Below, piece after piece: positions 17,370-25,839 of a DNA stretch of 32,168 bases; the first letter of the stretch is position 1, and every line of letters starts with the position of its first letter. The stretch is taken from positions 1-32,168 of IMG/VR virus record IMGVR_UViG_3300032243_001666; one strand, written 5' to 3'. The notes under the pieces were generated by a model. That model did not search any database and was not told the DNA's origin. It worked only from the letters and a program-made list of their open reading frames with translations. This DNA comes from a virus (lineage: Duplodnaviria > Caudoviricetes). A program made the translations under genes and the position numbers.

Positions 17370-20324
17370 TTAAAGAATACCTAAAATATTAGATCCATTG
17401 ATTCCACGACCTTTATTCAGATCGGAAATGTCAAGATTGCCGATAATGTTGTTGGGAAGAATACAATTTCCGACTAGAACAATAGTCCCTACGTTTCCGC
17501 GGCTGGCGTTGGGCACGCTGTTGATACTACCGCCAGAACCGCCAAACGTATTAATGTCGCCAGAGTTACTGTCAGTCAATGAAATATAACCGCCATTTCC
17601 GCCGGTTGCCGTTCGCCCCGGATCGGAACCAAGTGTTGCCGCGGTGCCGCCGGAGCCGCCAACGCCATACAGCGGGCCAACATTGCTACGCACTAAAGTG
17701 ATGCTGCCTGCGTGCCCGCCATAAGCTTGATCAGCGCCACTGCTATTGCCGCTACCGCCAAACACAAAAATATTATTTGCAGAGCTGTCCGTTAAAGATA
17801 CCACGCCGCCATTTCCGCCATCTCCGCAACCATATGTAATAAGGCTGCCGTCACCACCATTCCCGCCGACAGAATTAATATTGGAAGATGTGCTTCGGAC
17901 TAACGTAACGCTACCGCCAGAACCACCTTGACCGTAACCGTTGTTACCACCATTTGCACCAGCCACGATAATATCGTTGGCTGTGCTGTCTGTTAGGCGC
18001 ACTACGCCGCCAGAGCCAGAAGTATTGCTGGTGTCTCCGCCTGCGCCGCCGCTGGCTACAATAGACCCGGCATGGCTGTTGGTTGTCAGCGCCACGCTGC
18101 CGCCCACGCCGCCAAAGTAGTTGCTATAGCTGGTATTTACATTGCTATATGTGATGTCGCCGCCGTTTACAACAATATTGCCAGCCGTGGAATTATCCAG
18201 CGTAATTACGCCACCGGGGATGGCGGCAGGATCGCCGTATGTGAAATTAAAAGAGGACGCACTGGCGTAAATACCGCCAGCCGTACTATCGGTCAAACTG
18301 ATTACGCCAGCATTGCCAGAACTACCGCTAAGTTCATTGCCCGCTAAAGTTGCACTAACGGCGTATATGTCAGATACCGTAGAGTTAGTTATTGTGACGC
18401 TGCCCGTGCTGCCGACACCGCCATTAGTACTGCTGTAGAACTGCCCGCCGCCGTCTGTAACGAGAACACCAGCGGTGCAATTCGTCAGCACAATATTGCC
18501 AGAGTTGCCGCCAGAAATAATGTCCGCAACGCCGACACCGTTCACGCCAGAATTGCCGCCGGTTGTAATAATGTTTCCAAGATTCACGGTGTTGTCTGAA
18601 ATAACCGTGACGTTTTTTCCGTCGGTTGGATTAGAGACTACTGCGTTGGCGCCGTAATCAAAAACCATGTCATTACCAACCGCAATGATTCCGCCAATAC
18701 TAGAGGTTGCTGAGCTTACTCCTTTTATTTGTATTGTTACCGGCCAATTGTCAGCGTAAGCTATGTTCAAATTAACGGCGCCGAAAGAACCGCTGTCGAT
18801 GTGGATAGTCCGTGCGCTCTCTTCAGCCCAATAATAAGCCATTTCAAAGGCCCGCTGCGGATTGGCGAGCGGATGTGCTTCTGTGCCGTCGTTGTTGTCG
18901 CTGCCGCCGTCTGCCACATAAATAGTGGTCGGGCTGGTCGGCGTATAGACAGCAGTACCAACTGTTCCAGTGTTGAATCTTTTACCAGCAAACGTGGCGG
19001 TTCCAGATACAACGCCATTGTTCGTTGAAGTATCGTTAAATGTGGCGTTACCAGATACTGTGCCGTGTGACCCACCCCAATAGCCGAGATCATTTCTGTC
19101 GTTTGTGTTTTCGCTATTGTTTCCGAAGGTCGCGTTGCCGGTCACGGTTCCAATGTTTCTGCTATTGTCGAAACTAGCGTTGCCCGTAACAGTCCCGAGA
19201 TTCCAAGAACCAGCAGAAAAACTTACGTTAGCGCATGTAATATTGCCGCTGTTGGTATAACCGAAACCTACTGTCGCCGCGCCAAGGACTGTTACAGTTG
19301 CGGTGCTAGTTAAATACGAATCAATGTAGTTCAAACTAGTGCCACTTAAATAAAGATTGTTTACAGTGCTGCTGCCAGAAAGAGGATAAGTATTTACGTT
19401 AACATTGTCCGCACTGGTCGGAGGAGAATAGCAAGTGAACGGGCCGGGACCAGAAAAACTATCAAGATATACTTCCCAATAATTTGTTGACTCTAAGCTA
19501 ACCGCATTTGTAGCGCTAAAATATCTGGGCGTTGTTCCGTCTACAACAGGACTGCCGTTTAAATACAACGCGCCGCTGTAGTCGCCGGTGCCGTTTCTGT
19601 CCAGCGTAGTTGCAACGCCAGCAAAATAATAAGTGTTAGTTGCGGTATCCCAACCTTCAAACAATGTTGGGTAGGCTGAGTAGTGATTTCCGTCGTAATC
19701 GCCGTAGCCAGTGCTATCCAGAGCCGTAGCAACGCCGCTGATATAGTAGATAGAGTCGCAGGTGTTGTAGCCAGTGTCTGTGGCCGGATTAAAGGTTACG
19801 CTTCCGGCGGTGTAAATTTCATTGTTCCAGCAGCCGGTGCCGTCGCTGTTCAGCGTAGTTGCAACGCCGTCAATGTAATAGGTGCTAGTAGTTGCGTCCC
19901 AACCATTAAACAACGTCGGGAAGCTTGAAAAATGATAACCATTGTAATCACCGTAACCCCCAGCTCCCAGTCCGGGAACAGGCTGGAGGAAACCTGAATG
20001 GCCAGAAGCCATTAAAAACACACCAGCGCAACTGCTGTATCCGTAATATACTCCGTATGTGAAGTCATACGGTACTGGCTGATTATCAATTCTTGTCCCG
20101 GCAGAAATGCCTCCATTGCCGCACGAATCCAAACCTTCTTGCTCCACACCGTTTACATAGTACTTGTTATTGGTTGTATCCCCCCCAGCCCAAAGCGTGG
20201 GATAAGACGAATAATGAAGTAGTGGACTGCCGAAATCACCGTAGCCAGTGCTATCCAGAGTAGTTGCAACGCCGTCAATGTAATAGGTGTTTGTTTCTGC
20301 ATCCCATCCGTTTGTTGGCGGCAT
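17370..20324 (-). CDS. Large Gly/Ser/Thr-rich repeat protein, probable tail fibre/spike or virion adhesin
   Basis: 984 aa; N-terminal GWD-TYY-GVATTLD repeats, central GTVTGNATF repeats, YVADGGSDNNDGT..P motif, C-terminal GGxGG-LTxS beta-solenoid repeats. Confidence 0.75.
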   Translation of the reverse strand: MPPTNGWDAETNTYYIDGVATTLDSTGYGDFGSPLLHYSSYPTLWAGGDTTNNKYYVNGVEQEGLDSCGNGGISAGTRIDNQPVPYDFTYGVYYGYSSCAGVFLMASGHSGFLQPVPGLGAGGYGDYNGYHFSSFPTLFNGWDATTSTYYIDGVATTLNSDGTGCWNNEIYTAGSVTFNPATDTGYNTCDSIYYISGVATALDSTGYGDYDGNHYSAYPTLFEGWDTATNTYYFAGVATTLDRNGTGDYSGALYLNGSPVVDGTTPRYFSATNAVSLESTNYWEVYLDSFSGPGPFTCYSPPTSADNVNVNTYPLSGSSTVNNLYLSGTSLNYIDSYLTSTATVTVLGAATVGFGYTNSGNITCANVSFSAGSWNLGTVTGNASFDNSRNIGTVTGNATFGNNSENTNDRNDLGYWGGSHGTVSGNATFNDTSTNNGVVSGTATFAGKRFNTGTVGTAVYTPTSPTTIYVADGGSDNNDGTEAHPLANPQRAFEMAYYWAEESARTIHIDSGSFGAVNLNIAYADNWPVTIQIKGVSSATSSIGGIIAVGNDMVFDYGANAVVSNPTDGKNVTVISDNTVNLGNIITTGGNSGVNGVGVADIISGGNSGNIVLTNCTAGVLVTDGGGQFYSSTNGGVGSTGSVTITNSTVSDIYAVSATLAGNELSGSSGNAGVISLTDSTAGGIYASASSFNFTYGDPAAIPGGVITLDNSTAGNIVVNGGDITYSNVNTSYSNYFGGVGGSVALTTNSHAGSIVASGGAGGDTSNTSGSGGVVRLTDSTANDIIVAGANGGNNGYGQGGSGGSVTLVRSTSSNINSVGGNGGDGSLITYGCGDGGNGGVVSLTDSSANNIFVFGGSGNSSGADQAYGGHAGSITLVRSNVGPLYGVGGSGGTAATLGSDPGRTATGGNGGYISLTDSNSGDINTFGGSGGSINSVPNASRGNVGTIVLVGNCILPNNIIGNLDISDLNKGRGINGSNILGIL
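19590..20315 (-). repeat. About five imperfect intragenic repeats (about 26 aa)
   Basis: GWDAETNTYYIDGVATTLDSTGYG, GWDATTSTYYIDGVATTLNSDGTG, GWDTATNTYYFAGVATTLDRNGTG and others; DNA gtagttgcaacgccgtcaatgtaataggtg is seen twice. Confidence 0.85.
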
Positions 20325-20327
20325 AGA

Positions 20328-22370
20328 TTAGTATCCTGGTATAAAGGCTATAATGTCCCACTTATCGCGTCCAGCATGATATGTAGCAGCAAGAACGTCC
20401 ATTTTACTGGATTCTGTACTCCATGGCAAAGGAGAGGTGGCACTACTAGGAATATTAAATTTGTTACCAAGAGATATTGTGCGATTTCCCGTAGAGTCTT
20501 GGGTTATTCTCCAACGTAGTGTTTTACCATTTACTGGATTAGTGGGGTTAGCTAGTGTAGTATTGCCAGTAAGAGATATATCAAATATGTCTCCAGTACT
20601 AGCATTAGTATTAATTGTTGATGAATATGATAAATCTACAACAGTTGTTGAACCACTTCCTCCTAATACGGATGTTCCGTTACTGTCTACAATATCGCCG
20701 TCTATTGGTAATGTTAATTTGCCATTTGTGCCAAAAGTCCATTGATTATTATTATTGTCTGTACCAACAATAACATCTCCACCATTTTTTTGTATCTTAA
20801 CATATTGATCATCATCCCCCAAGTATAAATCAACAGTTGCTGGATCCCCAGATAATAGATGAACATGACTATGCTCTGAATTAACCATTCCATTATTGGT
20901 CACGGTAATAAATTGACCAGTAGGCATTCCGTTAGATTCTTCAAAATTATAATATAATGCTGGATAAAGGTTTGCATCTGCAACATCTGGACCCGGTCTT
21001 GTTCCATCAACACTTGTTAGTGTTAGAGTAAATTCAGTAATATTGCTATTTGCTGGTATGGTCCAAGTAATAGTTTCTGTGTCTGGAGCAGAGGTACTTA
21101 CGAAAGTTAACTTGCCAGTTAGTGCTCGACCCAATGATTGTGGAGTAACTCCAGTACCAGAGATCGTATAGTTTACTGTTCCAAAATAAGCCCAATTTTG
21201 TAGAGTAACTGAAATAGTTATAGGATTACCATACTCAATATAATTACTAGTGCTCATTCCCCATGTAGCTTGAGTAGGACGAATTACTAAACTTTGTCCA
21301 ACAGCTGCTGTGGGCGGTGCTATAGAAACAGTATTATTTGTTTCGGTTAATGTTCCGCCTTTCGGTAATGTTAAGCCTCCATTTGTGTCAAAGTTCCAAC
21401 TTTTTGCTTGAGCGGCGGCACTTGTTTGAATTAGCGTATTATCAACACTTTGTATATTATATGTTCCAGGAGCAACAATAGTTCCTCCACTACTAGTTGT
21501 TCCATCTGGATGTGTTAATTTACCATCATTACCAAAATGCCACTCACGATTCCAATATGGATTGGTGCCGTCATTATCTCTATAATTTCCAATCCAAGTG
21601 CCATCATATGATGTCCAAAGATAACCATCGCTATTATTGTTTGGATTTTCTATATAGTTATATGGTGTTCCACTAGGACCAGAATGATACCATAATTCAA
21701 CATAATTTGAACTTTTAATATCTATAGTATCTCCACCAACATCTAGGGCGCTCATTGGTAAAAATACTTTACCATCTGGCTTAAACTCCCATCTGCTACC
21801 GCCACCATCAGCATTAATAGCAACTATACCACTTGGATAGCCAGCACTAATATTAACATTTCCACCTTGTAAGGTAGAATTTCCAGCGCTAATACTAACT
21901 TGGCCACCTTGATTATGTCCATTACCAGCATCTATATTAATATATCCGCCCTGACCAGACTCATTACTATCAGCATCACCAGCATAAATTTTAATATCGC
22001 CACCATTAACATCACTATCACCCCCCCATAAATAAACATCTCCACCCTCACCATTACCCTGAGCGCGTTGACCTTGGATAATTAATCTTTGGGCCGTATC
22101 TCCAGATGCTGCTGGTGTTGGACCAGTAATTACCGATTGCTTAGTGTTATCATTAAATTTTAATAATTGAGCGGACTGAATTCCACCATTATGTAAATCT
22201 ATATTTCCTACTTGAAAAGATGATGAACTTCCAATAGCTGCACTTAATTCACTAAGAGATACTTTTTTTGTAGTAGCAGATCCGCTTGGATCATCCATTA
22301 TCAGAAAGATATCATCGCTACTTAATGCTCCGCTACCTTCTGGAAATTCATTAATTCTTTTAATACTCAT
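20328..22370 (-). CDS. Probable tail fibre/virion protein
   Basis: N-terminal INEFP..SSDDIFLI..TKKVSLSEL attachment-type motif, GGxVxIxAG repeats, four WxFxx(D/N)GxxxxP repeats, C-terminal LTGNTTLANP..ITQDSTGNRT domain. Confidence 0.75.
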   Translation of the reverse strand: MSIKRINEFPEGSGALSSDDIFLIMDDPSGSATTKKVSLSELSAAIGSSSSFQVGNIDLHNGGIQSAQLLKFNDNTKQSVITGPTPAASGDTAQRLIIQGQRAQGNGEGGDVYLWGGDSDVNGGDIKIYAGDADSNESGQGGYINIDAGNGHNQGGQVSISAGNSTLQGGNVNISAGYPSGIVAINADGGGSRWEFKPDGKVFLPMSALDVGGDTIDIKSSNYVELWYHSGPSGTPYNYIENPNNNSDGYLWTSYDGTWIGNYRDNDGTNPYWNREWHFGNDGKLTHPDGTTSSGGTIVAPGTYNIQSVDNTLIQTSAAAQAKSWNFDTNGGLTLPKGGTLTETNNTVSIAPPTAAVGQSLVIRPTQATWGMSTSNYIEYGNPITISVTLQNWAYFGTVNYTISGTGVTPQSLGRALTGKLTFVSTSAPDTETITWTIPANSNITEFTLTLTSVDGTRPGPDVADANLYPALYYNFEESNGMPTGQFITVTNNGMVNSEHSHVHLLSGDPATVDLYLGDDDQYVKIQKNGGDVIVGTDNNNNQWTFGTNGKLTLPIDGDIVDSNGTSVLGGSGSTTVVDLSYSSTINTNASTGDIFDISLTGNTTLANPTNPVNGKTLRWRITQDSTGNRTISLGNKFNIPSSATSPLPWSTESSKMDVLAATYHAGRDKWDIIAFIPGY

Positions 22371-22586
22371 TTAAGCTCCAACTATATCATTAAATATGTT
22401 TACAAATAACCCATTATAGAATCTGTTGCCATATTTATTGTAAATAGTATTAATATCTGGCACATTTTTAACAACAGTATCTAGTGTATTATATTCTCCA
22501 CTAACTGTTGTTGAAACTATAGCCGAGCCATTTTTAATGGGCTTACTATTATCAATAGTGGCAATATCTGTGTATGGTCTGGACAT
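22371..22586 (-). CDS. Small hypothetical (possibly virion) protein
   Basis: 71 aa, AAGGA RBS, first gene after a GGTGTAT motif. Confidence 0.7.
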   Translation of the reverse strand: MSRPYTDIATIDNSKPIKNGSAIVSTTVSGEYNTLDTVVKNVPDINTIYNKYGNRFYNGLFVNIFNDIVGA

Positions 22587-22629
22587 AAGATATATTTCCT
22601 TAGTAAGGTGTGGTTGTAATAGACTTCAT

Positions 22630-22640
22630 AAGTATACACC
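22630..22640 (-). promoter_or_regulatory. GGTGTATACTT motif, putative phage-specific promoter
   Basis: Intergenic, at the head of the tail-fibre gene block. Confidence 0.5.
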
Positions 22641-22652
22641 AAACTAATTGAT

Positions 22653-22904
22653 CTATTTACTTAGTTTTGACCACTTACCAATAGGACAACTTTGATCAGC
22701 CCAAGCTAATTTATTCAAAAAAACCCTTTTCTTATTAATATTACATCCACAAACCAAACACTCTGATGTTTTAGATTCAAACATATCACAACTGATACAA
22801 ATATTATAACGGGCCTCTATTTCGGCCTGACTACTCTTTGGTAGTCCTCTGCGAACGTGCCAAAATAAAGAACTAAGGAAGGTCTTGATTTTAACCAGTA
22901 ACAT
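22653..22904 (-). CDS. Cys-rich metal-binding protein
   Basis: RYNICISC..ECLVCGC..K..CPIGKW with six Cys. Confidence 0.75.
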   Translation of the reverse strand: MLLVKIKTFLSSLFWHVRRGLPKSSQAEIEARYNICISCDMFESKTSECLVCGCNINKKRVFLNKLAWADQSCPIGKWSKLSK

Positions 22905-23127
22905 TTTCTTTTTTGGTTATTTTAATAGGAATAATATTGTTTTCTTTATCCAAATAATATATTGGCAAAATCTCAACAATAGACTGACTACTTATCCAAG
23001 AAGATAGTCCATCGGTTAAAGAATAAGCCAGCCTAGATCCATTCTTACGAAAATCAGCAGTTAGTAAGAATTTTTTTGAGTCATACTCAAAACAGTCTCC
23101 ACTGGAGAGTTCTTCAACGTATTTCAT
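22891..23127 (-). CDS. Small hypothetical beta-rich protein
   Basis: 78 aa, overlapping neighbours, GGGAAG upstream. Confidence 0.7.
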   Translation of the reverse strand: MKYVEELSSGDCFEYDSKKFLLTADFRKNGSRLAYSLTDGLSSWISSQSIVEILPIYYLDKENNIIPIKITKKENVTG

Positions 23128-23305
23128 CTTCCCAATCTTCCCAAAGCTCTTCTGCTTTGATATCTTCTATTTTTTTCTTTAGTTGTTTCTTAGATTTAGA
23201 AATAAACCTTTGTTCTTCTGAAATAGAAGGTTTGGAATAAGTCTTATCTGCTAAATTTTTTCTACGAATATCTTTTCTGTCTTGATCTGCCATTGACCTA
23301 CTCAA
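23114..23305 (-). CDS. Small highly charged protein
   Basis: 63 aa; basic body with an acidic EELWEDWEDE end; the ATG at 23293 is a plausible alternative start. Confidence 0.7.
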   Translation of the reverse strand: MSRSMADQDRKDIRRKNLADKTYSKPSISEEQRFISKSKKQLKKKIEDIKAEELWEDWEDEIR

Positions 23306-23325
23306 TTTTTAGGATGCGATAATGT

Positions 23326-23353
23326 ATCATAGTCCGAAGATTTTTGCGGTCAA
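23326..23353 (-). promoter_or_regulatory. Sigma-70-like promoter
   Basis: TTGACC-16 bp-TATGAT in an intergenic gap. Confidence 0.55.
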
Positions 23354-23436
23354 GTACTTTTTAAGTTTTTTCACACTTGACAATGCTACAAACCAGAACT
23401 ATTTGTTATGCAGAGAACAAAGGTTAAGAGTGTAGA

Positions 23437-24171
23437 TTACTTAGTATTAGCTAATATCCATTCTAGGTTCTCACTTATTCTAGTATGTCCACTTTCAGTA
23501 TCGTAGTCTGATTTTGGTGAATTTTTAGAAAATACACAAGAATTAATACCGGCTAGCTTGCCGTCTATAAATAAACCCCCACCGCTATCTCCACTTGCTA
23601 TTAAAAATTCTAAGCTAGTTTTTTTATCTGTTTTAGATGGGGAGCATACTAACAAATGTTTATCAATATAATCTATAATATTTGATCCTGCTCTTTGTTT
23701 TCCGTCGCTGTGTGTTGCTCCACTTATAAAGTTTCCTGTTAATCCAAAACCAGATATAGAACAAATTTTATCTATTTCATTTTTATTCTCATATAGCTCT
23801 GGGTAATACTCTAAACCTAAATCCTGTTTAGTATATCCTATTGCTATATCATGATATCCAACATTAGATTCTGAGAATTCTTGTGGAATAATAATTTTAG
23901 AAATATGAAAAGTTTTATTCTTAAAAGTTATATCGCAACTCTCAATATCTCTAACAACATGTGCAGCGGTTAAAATAAAATTAGGTTTAATGGCAACGCC
24001 GGAGGCTTTATAGATTTGGTTCTCTTTATTTGTGCCAGATATTTGTCCAACAAAATAAAAACCCTTAGCATATTCTATATATTTAGAGTCTGTTGTATTT
24101 GGATCTATAGTTCCGGCCAAAGAATGGCCTATTAAATATAAAAATATTAGTAATGACGCAAAAAACCTCAT
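23437..24171 (-). CDS. Secreted trypsin-like serine protease (S1)
   Basis: Signal peptide; LTAAHV, DIA and GDSGG catalytic triad; GGAGG RBS. Confidence 0.92.
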   Translation of the reverse strand: MRFFASLLIFLYLIGHSLAGTIDPNTTDSKYIEYAKGFYFVGQISGTNKENQIYKASGVAIKPNFILTAAHVVRDIESCDITFKNKTFHISKIIIPQEFSESNVGYHDIAIGYTKQDLGLEYYPELYENKNEIDKICSISGFGLTGNFISGATHSDGKQRAGSNIIDYIDKHLLVCSPSKTDKKTSLEFLIASGDSGGGLFIDGKLAGINSCVFSKNSPKSDYDTESGHTRISENLEWILANTK

Positions 24172-24182
24172 GTTTCCTCCTA

Positions 24183-24491
24183 TTACAGAGGTTTATGTAA
24201 TATCCTATTATAATACACCCTAGTATCTTCAATAACCGAAATATTCCAACTTTTAAAATCCATTAAATGGCCAAATATTATATGACAAGGATCAGCACAA
24301 AGAGTTATGAGATTTGTGGGGTCAAGTTCTAGATCTGGATTAATATGTACTGGTTTAATATGATGTACTTCTACTTTTTTACTTTTACCACAAGCAGCGC
24401 ATCTTGGATTTAATGCAAGATGATTTTTTCTAACATTAGTCCACTTGGGCGACCTGACTGCATATCTGACTTTTTTCAGAAAGTTAAACAT
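24183..24491 (-). CDS. HNH endonuclease
   Basis: CAACG..VEVHHIKP..NLITLC..CH..H. Confidence 0.9.
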   Translation of the reverse strand: MFNFLKKVRYAVRSPKWTNVRKNHLALNPRCAACGKSKKVEVHHIKPVHINPDLELDPTNLITLCADPCHIIFGHLMDFKSWNISVIEDTRVYYNRILHKPL

Positions 24492-24495
24492 TATG

Positions 24496-25503
24496 TTATG
24501 ATAAAACTTTTGCTGCTATTAAACAACCTTTAGCAACAGCGTGTAGAGGATCTGACGCATGAGATACTTCTTTAATAACTAATGGAAAATTATTTTCAGA
24601 TAGTTTTTTAGTAAAAATTTCTATATATCCATTAGCTTGAGAAGTGCCACCAGCTACAACAATTTTTAATGGATTTTTAAATTTCGGTAATGACTTATGA
24701 TTAATTAATGCTGCCGATAGTTGTTTAGTGGTATAATCAATAAGTCTTTCATAATAAGATGATACAGCACCCAATACTGGATTTTCGCTTGGCTCACCTA
24801 TTTTAAAACCACCCGCCTCCTTTTCGGCTTGAACAACACTGTCGGGTTCTCCGGTGGCTATAGCACTCATACGATCAACCCAGTCTCCACTTTTAGTTGT
24901 GCTGAAAACCACCGTTGGCTCACCATTTAGCATCACACAAACATTTGTCATTCCTGCTCCACAACTAATAGCTATTCCAGTATAATCTTCTGATTCTAAT
25001 TCAGCATAACATAAAGCTTCCGCCTCATTAATAGCTCTTGCTGAATAACCTACTTCATTTAAAATTGTTTTAACAACATCTTCATGATATCCAACATCAA
25101 AATCTTCATCTTCTTGGTCTACTGGTTGTGCCGGAACGCAAAAAACTAATTTTTCACCGGGTTCTGATGCTTTTCCGACTACTTCTTGCAGGATAAAAGA
25201 TAGTATTCTTTTAGCATCTTTTTCTTTGGCAGAAACGACGCCTTTATACATCGGCCTTTTTGCTGTATCATTTCTTTCTATTGCTTTTTCAATAGCGTCT
25301 TTACCTAAAAGAATAAAAGATCCATCACTATCCTTAATAAAAACTTTCCCATGCAAACCTTTTTCTATCATTTTGGTTGCAACAGGGGTTGTTGGTTTAA
25401 TAATATAAAAAGCATCTCTAAAATCTTTATATGTTATTCCATTATTAGTATCTTGAGATAATACAATAAAGCTTGTACCAACATCTAGTCCTACGCCTGC
25501 CAT
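24496..25503 (-). CDS. Actin-fold ATPase, volactin/MreB/FtsA superfamily
   Basis: Phosphate 1 GLDVGTS, connect 1 INEAEA, phosphate 2 ISCGAGMTN, adenosine VVAGGTS, connect 2 DPLHAVAKG. Confidence 0.9.
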   Translation of the reverse strand: MAGVGLDVGTSFIVLSQDTNNGITYKDFRDAFYIIKPTTPVATKMIEKGLHGKVFIKDSDGSFILLGKDAIEKAIERNDTAKRPMYKGVVSAKEKDAKRILSFILQEVVGKASEPGEKLVFCVPAQPVDQEDEDFDVGYHEDVVKTILNEVGYSARAINEAEALCYAELESEDYTGIAISCGAGMTNVCVMLNGEPTVVFSTTKSGDWVDRMSAIATGEPDSVVQAEKEAGGFKIGEPSENPVLGAVSSYYERLIDYTTKQLSAALINHKSLPKFKNPLKIVVAGGTSQANGYIEIFTKKLSENNFPLVIKEVSHASDPLHAVAKGCLIAAKVLS

Positions 25504-25506
25504 AAT

Positions 25507-25839
25507 TTACCCTTTCATATTTTTTAGTTTATTCACAGACAAAGAAATATTTTCTTCAGAAGTTTTTGTATCCCCTAAACTATCGTATTTCTTTTCCATT
25601 CCTGTTGTTTTAATATCTACAACATACTTAGTATCATCAATAGATATATTGTTTTTAACTTGAGCTTTTTCTTCACTAAAAAAGCTTTTTGGCTTATTAC
25701 TAACATTAGTATATACACCGTTGCTATTTGAGTTTTTGCCTATTAAGTATCCTATAAAAAACAAACACACCCCTAAAAATAGGAGTGTGAATGAGAATAA
25801 TATTAATGTTGGTAAATTACTATTTATTTCTACTATCAT
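25507..25839 (-). CDS. Single-TM membrane protein, putative actin partner
   Basis: N-terminal TM (LILFSFTLLFLGVCLFFIGYLIG), low-complexity linker, ISIDDTKYVV motif, amphipathic C-terminal SVNKLKNMKG. Confidence 0.75.
   Translation of the reverse strand: MIVEINSNLPTLILFSFTLLFLGVCLFFIGYLIGKNSNSNGVYTNVSNKPKSFFSEEKAQVKNNISIDDTKYVVDIKTTGMEKKYDSLGDTKTSEENISLSVNKLKNMKG

Noticed and set aside
19590-20315. Diversity-generating retroelement TR/VR pair
   Set aside because: The repeats are in-frame, short and N-terminal, the differences are not adenine-specific, and no reverse transcriptase is in the window.
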